Part shown: positions 55,953-64,000 of the stretch, one piece after another
Numbering within the stretch: the stretch's first letter is position 1
Layout of the letters: each line of letters opens with the position of its first letter
Assembly (NCBI GenBank): GCA_022820545.1
Contig: JAJEFG010000097.1
Location: forward strand, 11,061 to 75,060
Direction: 5' to 3'
Length of the DNA stretch: 64,000 nt
From: Acidobacteriota bacterium
GTDB taxonomy: Bacteria > Acidobacteriota > Vicinamibacteria > Marinacidobacterales > Marinacidobacteraceae
Notes under the pieces: generated by a model
What the model saw: the letters and a program-made list of their open reading frames with translations, nothing else
What the model was told of the DNA's origin: nothing
Databases searched by the model: none
Program-made: the position numbers and the translations under genes

Positions 55953-57583
55953 GTCCCGCGGGAACCCTTGACCGGAGTGGCAGCCGGGCCGCCGCGGAAG
56001 CTCCGGCCCGTCTCCTCCGCACCCTCCCCTTCCGCCCGGGGACCTTCTTCGACGCCTGGACCCGCAGTCCCGAACGTTTCTCCGAACTGCTTCCCGACCC
56101 GTTCGCGGCGGGAGCCTACGCGCGAATCGGGGGCCCCAGGCCTCCCGACGCCGTGAGGGCGGCGGCTGCCGCGGTGATCGCGACGACCAACCGCTCCTGG
56201 GGCGCGGACCCGGCGGCCCTCGCTTCGGCAGAGCGCCTGTGCGGTCCCCAAACGCTGGCGGTCGTCACCGGTCAGCAACCGGGACTCTTCGGAGGCCCGC
56301 TCTATTCGCTCATCAAGGCAATGTCCACGGTCGCCGCCGCCCGCGAGCTGGAGGCGCAGACCGGCGCGCCCGTAGTCCCGGTCTTCTGGATCGAGGGTGA
56401 CGACCACGACTTCGAGGAGATCCGAAACGCCTGGCTGCTGGACCGCGCGGGCTCCCCTCACCCGCTCCGCTACGAGCCGGAGGACGAACACGTGGGGCTG
56501 CCGGCGTGCCGCCGGGTTCTGGACGACTCGATTCTCGACCTGCACGGGCAGTTGCCGGGCATCCTTCCCGAAACGGAATACACCGAGGCTCTCCTGCTCG
56601 CCGTCCGCGATTGCTACGCGCCGGGCCGGGCGCTTCCGGAAGCGTTCGGCCGCCTGCTCCTCCACCTCTCGCGGGGTTCCGGGCTCGTGGTGATGGACCC
56701 CACCCGCCCGGAACTGAAGCGCCTCGCGTTCCCGGTGTACGAAGCCGCGGTTCGGCACGAAGCGGCAGGCCGCCGCCGGATCACGGCCCGTACCCGGGAG
56801 ATCGAGGCGATGGGATTCCAGGGGCAGGCGGCCGCCGAGGGCTACGGTGTCTTCTGCACGGGAGCGACCGGAGCGCGGGAGCGGGTGCAAACGGATTCCG
56901 CCGGAGACCCTCCGGAAGGCGTCCTCGACGGCTGCGTCGAGCGCCTGAGCGCCGCCGTGTTGCTCAGGCCGCTGGTCCAGGACTTCCTGCTGCCGACCGC
57001 GATCTACGTCGGCGGTCCGTCGGAGATCGCCTACCACGCCCAGATGGGAGATCTCTACGGGCTCCACCGGATCCCGCGTCCGCTCGTGATCCCGCGCCAT
57101 CAGGTCGCCATCCTCACGAAATCCCAGCTTCGGGTGCTGGACCAGGACGGTATCGGCTTCGATGAACTCTCGGCCGGCGACGAGGCCGCCCTCAATCGGC
57201 GGGCGGCCGACCCCGCCGCGCGGGAAGCCTTCGCCAGGGCCAACGAGGTGGTGGACTCCTCGCTCGAAGACGTCGAGCGGACCGCCGGCGCGGTCGACAG
57301 GAGCCTCACGGCGGCGGTTCGGCGCGCCCGGGGCAAGGTGCACGCGATCCTCGCGGATCTCGAGGCCAAGAGCGTCCGCGCCGCGAAGCGCCGCGACGAC
57401 GAACGCCGGCAGCGTTTCCTGCGCACCCGGAACGCGCTCTTCCCCGGCGGCGCGCCGCAGGAGCGCCGGCTCAGTCCGCTGGTCTTCGCAAACCGCTACG
57501 GGCCGCACTTCGGGGCGTGGCTGCTCTCCGCGTTCGAGGACCCCGCTGCGGACCGCAGGGCCCGGAACCTGCTGGTCCGCTGA
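55949..57583 (+). CDS. bshC: bacillithiol biosynthesis cysteine-adding enzyme BshC
   Basis: VVTGQQPGLFGGPLYSLIKA...PVFWIEGDDHDFEEI matches the characteristic BshC N-terminal core. Coiled-coil C-terminus. ATGA overlap with lepB. Confidence 0.7.
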   Translation: MSPAGTLDRSGSRAAAEAPARLLRTLPFRPGTFFDAWTRSPERFSELLPDPFAAGAYARIGGPRPPDAVRAAAAAVIATTNRSWGADPAALASAERLCGPQTLAVVTGQQPGLFGGPLYSLIKAMSTVAAARELEAQTGAPVVPVFWIEGDDHDFEEIRNAWLLDRAGSPHPLRYEPEDEHVGLPACRRVLDDSILDLHGQLPGILPETEYTEALLLAVRDCYAPGRALPEAFGRLLLHLSRGSGLVVMDPTRPELKRLAFPVYEAAVRHEAAGRRRITARTREIEAMGFQGQAAAEGYGVFCTGATGARERVQTDSAGDPPEGVLDGCVERLSAAVLLRPLVQDFLLPTAIYVGGPSEIAYHAQMGDLYGLHRIPRPLVIPRHQVAILTKSQLRVLDQDGIGFDELSAGDEAALNRRAADPAAREAFARANEVVDSSLEDVERTAGAVDRSLTAAVRRARGKVHAILADLEAKSVRAAKRRDDERRQRFLRTRNALFPGGAPQERRLSPLVFANRYGPHFGAWLLSAFEDPAADRRARNLLVR

Positions 57584-57597
57584 GCGGCAAGCGGCTG

Positions 57598-58590
57598 TCA
57601 GTGCTGGTGGGGCGGCGGTTCGGGGAAGAAGCAGACGATCGGTCCGGCCCGGACCTCCGCCGCGGTGGCCGTCCCGCCGACCACGAACCCGGGTGGGTCC
57701 ACGTCGACGTCGGTGTTGCCGGGCGGCCGCGCGTACATCGCCTGGGCGTGGAAGATGTCCCACTCGGTGAAGTGCGGCGGCTCCAGTTCCCCGGAGTACC
57801 ACATGTGGGAGGGCCGCAGGCCGCCCAGCGGGTGGTAGAGCCCCATCACGTGGCCGATCTCGTGGTGCACCGCCCAGGTCTCGGGGATGTGCCGGAAGAC
57901 GACCACGTTGGCGTCCCCGCCGACCCGGTAGGCGAACGCGTTCGCCGTCTCCGCGTACTCGGACACCTCGGCCGCGTTCCAGCGGAGGATCACCGTTCCC
58001 GGCGTCATGTCCGCGGGCGGCTCCCGCGTCACCTCGATCCGCTCGCCCCGGTAGCGTCCGGCGCTGAGGAGCGGCACCGTGACCCGGATGGCCTCCCTCA
58101 CGAAGTCGATCGTCTCGGCGGGAATCTCGGCGCCGGTCGTGGGTTCCGGGCGGGCGTCGATGAAGAAGGTCGGCTCGGAATCCCAGGGGATGAGCGGTTC
58201 CAGCTCGCCGCCGCCGGCGCCGTTCCGGGCGATTTCCCGGTAGAAGTCGCGCGTCCAGGACCCTCCCGTCGGGATCGCGTCGAGCTCCAGGGCGCCGTTC
58301 GGCGCCCGGATCGTGGTGGTGCGCTCCACGATTCCGGGCCCGGACACCGTGATCCGATGCTCTCCCGCGGGGAGGTCGAGCCCGAAGGATCCGTCGGCTG
58401 CGGAGCGGGCCGTCACCCCGCCGGCGTTCAGCGTCGCCCCCGCCACCGGGCCGCCTTCCACCGTCCTCGTGAGAACCCCGCGGACGCTGGCGGAGGCGGG
58501 GGGCGCCGACGGCGTGGTGGGCGCGGGCGGCTCTCCCCCGCCGCACGAACCGAAGACCAGGCCGCAGGCAGCGAACCAGCCAGCCTTCAT
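57598..58590 (-). CDS. lipoprotein metzincin-type zinc metalloprotease
   Basis: Lipobox LVFGSCGG. HEIGHVMGLYH is the HExxHxxGxxH metzincin signature. N-terminal carboxypeptidase-regulatory-like beta domain. Confidence 0.7.
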   Translation of the reverse strand: MKAGWFAACGLVFGSCGGGEPPAPTTPSAPPASASVRGVLTRTVEGGPVAGATLNAGGVTARSAADGSFGLDLPAGEHRITVSGPGIVERTTTIRAPNGALELDAIPTGGSWTRDFYREIARNGAGGGELEPLIPWDSEPTFFIDARPEPTTGAEIPAETIDFVREAIRVTVPLLSAGRYRGERIEVTREPPADMTPGTVILRWNAAEVSEYAETANAFAYRVGGDANVVVFRHIPETWAVHHEIGHVMGLYHPLGGLRPSHMWYSGELEPPHFTEWDIFHAQAMYARPPGNTDVDVDPPGFVVGGTATAAEVRAGPIVCFFPEPPPHQH

Positions 58591-59810
58591 TCGTTCCGCA
58601 CCGCTCCCCGCGAGGTCATCTCCCCGGTCGTGGCCCCGGTGAAGATCGCGTTGGAGATCTGACCGGTCAGGTTCCCGCTCGTCCGGAGGTGGTCGAGCGG
58701 GCGCTCGACCGCCAGCACCAGCGCCGACAGCGTGACCGGCAGGCCCAGCGCGCCGAGCAGGATCGTGAGGTTCACGAAGCTCGCCGCGGGCACACCCGAG
58801 ACCGCGAGGGAACTCAGGATCGCGGTCACCCAGAGGAGGGCCAGCTCGCCCAGGTCCAGCGGACGCCCCACGAGCTGGGCGATCGCCACCACCGACACCA
58901 CCTGGTAGATCCCGCTGGAGTCGCGGCCGGCCGCCGCGCCGAGCGGCAACACGAAGCCGGCGACCTTCTCGGAGATCCCGGTCTCACGCGGGACCGCCGC
59001 CATGGACACCGGAAGCGCCGCCGCCGTCGAGACCGAGGCAAAGGCGATGGGCAACGGCTCGCGCAGCGCCCGGGCCAGCGTGCCGAACGGCTGGCGCGCC
59101 CACAGCCGCAACAGCATCGCGTGAACGCCGGCGACGTGCACGAGGGTGGCGATGAGGCAGACCGTGACGTACCAGGCCAGCGTTCCGAGAATGTCGAGGC
59201 CGGACTGACCGACCACCGCGGCCAGGATCGCGAACACCCCGGCCGGCGCCAGGCGCACGACCCAGTGGACGATCCGGTAGAGGACGTCGTTGACCGCCTG
59301 CAGCACGTCGATGAGCGGTTTCACCCGTTCGCTGCCGAGCGCGTTCACGGCGACGCCGAACAGGATCGCGAGGAACAGGACCTGGAGGACCTCGGCCTCG
59401 GCGAACGCCCCGAACACGTTCGTCGGAACGATGCCCACCAGGATGTCCATGATGGACCGCGCCTGCCCGGCGGCCGCGCCGGCGCCCTGTTCCGTACCGC
59501 CGAGCGCCGAAATGTCCACCCCTCGTCCGGGCCCGAGCCACACGGCGATCCCGATGCCGAGCGCCAGCGCCACCGCCAGGGTGCTCAGGTTGTAGACGAT
59601 CGCCCGACCGCCGATCCTGCCGGCGCCCTTGCCCCCGGTCCGCGTGAGCGCGAGCGCGAGCGTGACGAAGATCAGGGGAGCGATGATCATGCGGAGCAGC
59701 CGCACGAACAGATCGGCGATCGGCTGCAGCACGACGGCCGACTCCCCGAAGAGCATCCCGACGAGCACGCCACCCACGGCTCCCACGACGACCTGAAGGT
59801 GAAGCGGCAT
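58587..59810 (-). CDS. dicarboxylate/amino acid:cation symporter (DAACS; GltP/DctA family)
   Basis: Multi-TM protein carrying the family motifs shown (...LDMGRTMINVLGDAV-type regions: GQISNAIFTGATTGEMTSRG). 4-nt overlap with the downstream protease gene. Confidence 0.8.
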   Translation of the reverse strand: MPLHLQVVVGAVGGVLVGMLFGESAVVLQPIADLFVRLLRMIIAPLIFVTLALALTRTGGKGAGRIGGRAIVYNLSTLAVALALGIGIAVWLGPGRGVDISALGGTEQGAGAAAGQARSIMDILVGIVPTNVFGAFAEAEVLQVLFLAILFGVAVNALGSERVKPLIDVLQAVNDVLYRIVHWVVRLAPAGVFAILAAVVGQSGLDILGTLAWYVTVCLIATLVHVAGVHAMLLRLWARQPFGTLARALREPLPIAFASVSTAAALPVSMAAVPRETGISEKVAGFVLPLGAAAGRDSSGIYQVVSVVAIAQLVGRPLDLGELALLWVTAILSSLAVSGVPAASFVNLTILLGALGLPVTLSALVLAVERPLDHLRTSGNLTGQISNAIFTGATTGEMTSRGAVRNE

Positions 59811-59916
59811 TGGCGGAGTCCCCCGAAGAACGGCCGATGGTACCCCTGACGGCGGCGTCCGGGTCCGTGTTGGGGATCATCCGAACGTCCGCGCCCTCCT
59901 AGACTTCCGGTCGCGT

Positions 59917-62900
59917 ATGAGCGCCACGCGAATCGGCCGGCCCGGATTCCTGCGGGCGATCTCCGAACGGATCGTGGTGTTCGACGGCGCCGTCGGAACG
60001 ATGCTGCAGGCCGAACGCCTGGACGAGGCGGGTTTTCGGGGCGATCTCCTGCGGGAACATCCGAAACCGCTCCAGGGGCTCCACGACGTCCTGTCCCTGA
60101 CCCGGCCCGAGCTGGTGGAGAAGGTGCACCAGCTCTACCTCGACGCCGGCGCGGATGCCCTCACCACGAACACGTTCAACGCGAACGCCGTCTCCCTCCT
60201 CGACTACGGCCTCGAAGAACGCGCCTTCGAGATCAACCGCCGCGGAGCGGAGACCGCGCGCCGGGTCGCCGACGCCGCGGGGCGCGACTGCTTCGTGCTG
60301 GGTTCCATGGGACCCACCAACCGGACCCTGAGCGTGTCTCCCGACGTCTCGGACCCTGCCTTCCGGGCCATTTCCTGGGACGCGTTGCGGGACGCCTACC
60401 GCGAGCAGGCAGCGGGTCTCCTGGCGGGAGGGGCCGATCTCCTGCTCGTCGAGACCTGTTTCGACACCCTGAACGCCAAGGCGGCGCTCGCGGCGAGCCG
60501 GGACGCCATCGCCGAGGCGCCCGGGAACCCCGGGCTTCTCGTTTCCTTCACTTCCGTGGACCAGGGGGGGCGCAACCTCACCGGGCAGGACTCCGAAGCC
60601 TTCTGGGTTTCGGTCGAGCACGCCCGGGTGACCGCCGCCGGGGTGAACTGCTCGATCGGGGCCGAGGCCATGCGCCCCATCGTCGAGACCCTGTCCCGCC
60701 TCGCTCCGGTTCCGGTGGGCGCGGTCCCGAATGCCGGGCTTCCGAACGAACTCGGCGGCTATGACGAGGCGCCGGAAGTCACCGCCGCGGCGCTGGGCGC
60801 CCTCGCGGACGACGGCCTCGTCAATTTCGTCGGCGGCTGCTGCGGCACCACCCCGGACCACATCCGCGCGGTCCGGAGGGCGGTGAACGGCACCCCGCCG
60901 CGCCGGCCTCCGGCACGCTCCCGAAGGCTCCGCCTCGCCGGCACCGAGCCCCTGGTGCGGCCGGAGTCGGCCTTCCTGGTGGTGGGCGAGCGCACCAACG
61001 TGACCGGATCGCGCCGCTTTGCCCGCCTCATCCGGAACGACCAGTTCGAAGCGGCGGTCTCGGTGGCCCGGGATCAGGTCGAGGGCGGCGCCAACCTGCT
61101 CGACGTGAACATGGACGAGGGTCTTCTCGAGTCCGAAGCCGCCATGGGCCGGTTCCTGCGGCTCATCGCCATGGAACCCGACGTCGCCCGGCTCCCGATC
61201 ATGGTGGACAGCTCGCGCCTCGAGGTCATCGAAGCCGGGCTCCGCGCCCTTCCCGGCAAGGGGGTGGTCAACTCGCTGTCGCTCAAGGACGGCGAGGAGG
61301 CCTTCCTCGCCGCCGCCCGCCGCATCCGCCGTTTCGGCGCCGCCGTCATCGTGATGGCGTTCGACGAGGAGGGACAGGCGGTGGACGCGGAGCGCAAGAC
61401 CGCCATCTGCGCGCGCGCCTACCGGCTGCTGACCGAACGGGCGGGGTTTCCGCCCGAGGACATCATCTTCGATCCGAACGTGCTCGCCGTCGCCACCGGC
61501 ATCCCCGAGCACGACCGCTACGCCGTCGAGTTCATCGACGCCATCCCCGGGATCCGGGCCGCCTGTCCGGGATCCCTGATCTCCGGGGGCATCTCCAACC
61601 TGTCCTTCGCGTTCCGGGGCAACGAGGGCGTCCGGCAGGCGATGAACGCGGTGTTCCTGCACCACGCCATCGCGGCGGGGCTCGACATGGGGATCGTGAA
61701 CGCGGGACGGCTCCCCGTCTACGACGAGATCGAGCCGACGCTCCGGGAGCGCGTCGAAGACGTCGTCCTCGCCCGGCGCGGGGACGCGACGGAGCGGCTC
61801 CTCGCAGTCGCCGATCGGGCCGGGGCCGGGCGGAAGGCGGCGGCGGCGGACGACTCGTGGCGCCGGCGTCCGGTCGCGGAGCGGCTCGCTCACGCGGTGG
61901 TGAACGGCGTCCTCGACTTCGTCGAACGGGACGCCGACGAGGCCCGGCGCGGAATGCCCTCCGCACTCGCCGTGATCGAGGGTCCGCTGATGGACGGCAT
62001 GCGGGTGGTGGGGGACCGCTTCGGCGACGGGAGGATGTTCCTCCCCCAGGTCGTCAAGAGCGCCCGGGTGATGAAGCGCGCCGTGGCCGTCCTCGAGCCG
62101 CACATGGAGACGGACGAGGCCAGCGGACCACGGGAGCGGATCGTTCTCGCGACGGTCAAGGGCGATGTCCATGACATCGGCAAGAGCATCGTGGGCATCG
62201 TGCTCGCCTGCAACGGCTACCGGGTGGAGGACCTCGGAGTCATGGTCCCCGCGGACCGGATCCTCGACACCGCCCGCGAGACGGACGCGGACCTGGTCGG
62301 CCTCTCCGGCCTCATCACCCCGTCCCTCGACGAGATGGAGCGTTTCGCCGCCGAGATGGAGCGGCGCGGGGTGACGCTGCCGCTGCTCATCGGCGGCGCG
62401 ACCACCTCTTCCCGCCACACCGCGCTCCGGATCGCCCCCCGGCGATCGGGCCCGGTCGTGCACGTGGCCGACGCCTCGCGCACCTCGGGAGTGGTTCGCG
62501 CCCTTCTCGGCGAGAAGTCGGCGTCTTTCGTGGAGGAGAACCGCCGCCGGCAGGAAGCGGAACGAAACCGCACCCCCCGCCGGAGCGCGCCGCTCCTCGA
62601 GCTCGACGCCGCCCGCCGCCGCGCTCCGGAGTTCCCCGGTTCCGAGCCCGTCGAACCCGCGTTCTGGGGCCGGCGCGTCCTCCGGAACATCCCGGTCGCC
62701 GATCTGGTCCCGTACGTGGACTGGACCCCGTTCTTCCACGCCTGGGAATTCCGGGGCGCCTTCCCCGACCTCCTGGAACGGGACGCGACCCGGACCGCGG
62801 CGCGGGAGCTGCACGGCAACGCCCGAGAGCGGCTCGAGAGACTCGCCGCGGAGTCGCGGCTGGAAGCGCGCGCCGTCTATGGGTTCTTCCCCGCCGCGAG

Positions 62901-63567
62901 GGAGGGCGACGACATCCTCATCTGGGACCCCGAACGCCCGCACGCAGCGCCCGAGTCCCGGATTCCGACGCTCCGGCAACAGGAGGACCGGCCCGGGCCG
63001 CGCCTCGCGGCCGCCGACTTCCTGCGAGCCTCCGAGGCGGGCCGGCCACCGGCGGACGGCGCCGACGTGATCGGAGCGTTCACCGTCACCGCCGGTCACG
63101 GACTGGCAGACCTCATCGCCGAGGCGGAAGCCGCCGGGGACGACTACGACGCCCTCCTGCTGCGTTCGCTCGGAGACCGCCTCGCCGAGGCCCTCGCCGA
63201 GTGGCTCCACGAGCGCGCCCGGCGGGATCTCGGATACGGCGAGTCCGAGAACCTGACCCCCGCAGACCTGATCCGGGGGCGGTTCCGCGGGATCCGCCCC
63301 GCCCCCGGGTATCCCGCGACCCCGGACCTCGGCGTCCTCAGCGAGATCTTCGGCCTGCTGGACGCCGGCACGGCCATCGGCGTCGAGCTGACCGAGAACT
63401 TCGCGATCCGGCCGGCCGCTTCGGTTGCCGGGCTCTACTTCGCAAGCCCCGATTCGCGCTACTTCTCCGTCGGGACGATCGGCCGGGACCAGCTCGAGGA
63501 CTACGCCCGGCGCCGGGGGATTCCCATCCCGGCGGCCGAACGCCTCCTCCGCCGGCACCTCGGGTGA
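59917..63567 (+). CDS. metH: cobalamin-dependent methionine synthase
   Basis: Hcy domain GGCCGTTP, pterin-binding domain, B12-binding DxHxxG (GDVHDIGK), AdoMet-reactivation domain. 1216 aa. Confidence 0.9.
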   Translation: MSATRIGRPGFLRAISERIVVFDGAVGTMLQAERLDEAGFRGDLLREHPKPLQGLHDVLSLTRPELVEKVHQLYLDAGADALTTNTFNANAVSLLDYGLEERAFEINRRGAETARRVADAAGRDCFVLGSMGPTNRTLSVSPDVSDPAFRAISWDALRDAYREQAAGLLAGGADLLLVETCFDTLNAKAALAASRDAIAEAPGNPGLLVSFTSVDQGGRNLTGQDSEAFWVSVEHARVTAAGVNCSIGAEAMRPIVETLSRLAPVPVGAVPNAGLPNELGGYDEAPEVTAAALGALADDGLVNFVGGCCGTTPDHIRAVRRAVNGTPPRRPPARSRRLRLAGTEPLVRPESAFLVVGERTNVTGSRRFARLIRNDQFEAAVSVARDQVEGGANLLDVNMDEGLLESEAAMGRFLRLIAMEPDVARLPIMVDSSRLEVIEAGLRALPGKGVVNSLSLKDGEEAFLAAARRIRRFGAAVIVMAFDEEGQAVDAERKTAICARAYRLLTERAGFPPEDIIFDPNVLAVATGIPEHDRYAVEFIDAIPGIRAACPGSLISGGISNLSFAFRGNEGVRQAMNAVFLHHAIAAGLDMGIVNAGRLPVYDEIEPTLRERVEDVVLARRGDATERLLAVADRAGAGRKAAAADDSWRRRPVAERLAHAVVNGVLDFVERDADEARRGMPSALAVIEGPLMDGMRVVGDRFGDGRMFLPQVVKSARVMKRAVAVLEPHMETDEASGPRERIVLATVKGDVHDIGKSIVGIVLACNGYRVEDLGVMVPADRILDTARETDADLVGLSGLITPSLDEMERFAAEMERRGVTLPLLIGGATTSSRHTALRIAPRRSGPVVHVADASRTSGVVRALLGEKSASFVEENRRRQEAERNRTPRRSAPLLELDAARRRAPEFPGSEPVEPAFWGRRVLRNIPVADLVPYVDWTPFFHAWEFRGAFPDLLERDATRTAARELHGNARERLERLAAESRLEARAVYGFFPAAREGDDILIWDPERPHAAPESRIPTLRQQEDRPGPRLAAADFLRASEAGRPPADGADVIGAFTVTAGHGLADLIAEAEAAGDDYDALLLRSLGDRLAEALAEWLHERARRDLGYGESENLTPADLIRGRFRGIRPAPGYPATPDLGVLSEIFGLLDAGTAIGVELTENFAIRPAASVAGLYFASPDSRYFSVGTIGRDQLEDYARRRGIPIPAAERLLRRHLG

Positions 63568-63596
63568 TCGCTCCCCGCTGCGAGGCGGCAATTGCG

Positions 63597-63630
63597 ATGT
63601 GATTACATCATTACATCATGTGATCATGTA
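63597..63630 (+). promoter_or_regulatory. AT-rich repeat/palindrome cluster upstream of the RHH antitoxin gene (likely promoter/operator)
   Basis: ATGTGAT TACATCAT TACATCAT GTGATCA TG. Direct repeats of TACATCAT and ATGTGAT plus a TGATCA palindrome, in a 70% GC background, immediately 5' of the ATG at 63634. Confidence 0.45.
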
Positions 63631-63633
63631 GCC

Positions 63634-63897
63634 ATGAAACGGTTACAGATTCAGTTGGACGAACCCCTCTACGACGCCCTCCGCCGGCGCGCATTCGAAG
63701 AGCAGGCTTCCATGGCATCGGTCGTCCGGGACGCCCTCGCCGGATCTTTCCGAACCCTCCAGCCGTCCCGCTCCACCGTCGACGACTTCGGCTTCATCGG
63801 CGCCGGAAGCAGCGAACCGCCCGCCGGCGGTCCGGTGTCCGTGCGGCACGATGAGTTCCTGGACGAGGCGATCGCGGCGCGGTTCCCGAAGGCGTGA
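63634..63897 (+). CDS. ribbon-helix-helix (CopG/VapB-type) antitoxin
   Basis: MKRLQIQLDEPLYDALRRRAFEEQASMASVVRDALA is an RHH fold. GTGA overlap with the downstream PIN gene. Confidence 0.7.
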   Translation: MKRLQIQLDEPLYDALRRRAFEEQASMASVVRDALAGSFRTLQPSRSTVDDFGFIGAGSSEPPAGGPVSVRHDEFLDEAIAARFPKA

Positions 63898-64000
63898 TCT
63901 TCCTGGACACGTCGCTCGTCTACGCGCTCGCTGACCAGCGGGACCAATACCACCCGGTTGCACGCCGCCGATTCGAGCTTGCCCTCCAGAGCCGCCGGCC
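63894..64000 (+). CDS. PIN-domain toxin (VapC-like), N-terminal fragment at window end
   Basis: VIFLDTSLVYALADQRDQYH is the PIN N-terminal strand with the first acidic residue. Confidence 0.6.
   Translation, partial: MIFLDTSLVYALADQRDQYHPVARRRFELALQSRR

Overview
This is a roughly 70% GC bacterial chromosomal window with dense, protein-rich coding on both strands. Antisense frames carry long spurious ORFs throughout. The gene content suggests a Gram-negative organism, possibly Gemmatimonadota-like. That guess rests on composition and gene repertoire only and is weak.

**Content, left to right:**
- 1-2714: an ABC exporter pair (FtsX permease, ATPase) and an ALDH-superfamily gene.
- 3041-7136: two tandem paralogous S9 peptidases with TolB-like propellers.
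- 7210-12183: a HupE/UreJ-like membrane protein and a translationally overlapped pair of PQQ-like beta-propeller proteins.
- 12688-12897: cspA.
- 13159-19646, minus strand: amidohydrolase, CapK/PaaK-like adenylating enzyme, GT4 glycosyltransferase, small secreted protein, Tat-exported Ntn asparaginase.
- 19721-26102: a PLP-dependent dehydratase, gamma-glutamyltransferase, two tandem Spondin_N-like lipoproteins and a TrkA-Usp fusion.
- 26436-33147: a large Zn-metalloprotease, hflK/hflC, a small lipoprotein and an M28 peptidase.
- 33072-48846: a nine-gene minus-strand MoxR AAA+/DUF58/vWA (Bat-like) operon. It also contains two DUF4159 paralogs, a TPR-HExxH zincin fusion, an unknown secreted protein and a 1218-aa coiled-coil membrane protein.
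- 49053-63567: cytochrome c peroxidase, a YitJ-like homocysteine methyltransferase/MTHFR fusion, a secreted vWA protein, argS, lepB, bshC, a metzincin lipoprotein, a DAACS symporter and metH.
- 63595-64000: a VapB(RHH)/VapC(PIN) toxin-antitoxin pair with an AT-rich operator.

**Not present:** no rRNA, tRNA or CRISPR array was seen.

**Most notable non-coding signal:** a family of small two-hairpin repeats of about 41 nt, the type B unit. They occur solo and as inverted pairs flanking a conserved core of about 110 bp, giving elements of about 195 bp. The copies show compensatory base-pair covariation. A related type A hairpin repeat also occurs. One type B copy sits inside the MoxR operon, immediately upstream of the BatA-like gene, with a duplicated copy of that gene's first 26 nt on its far side.
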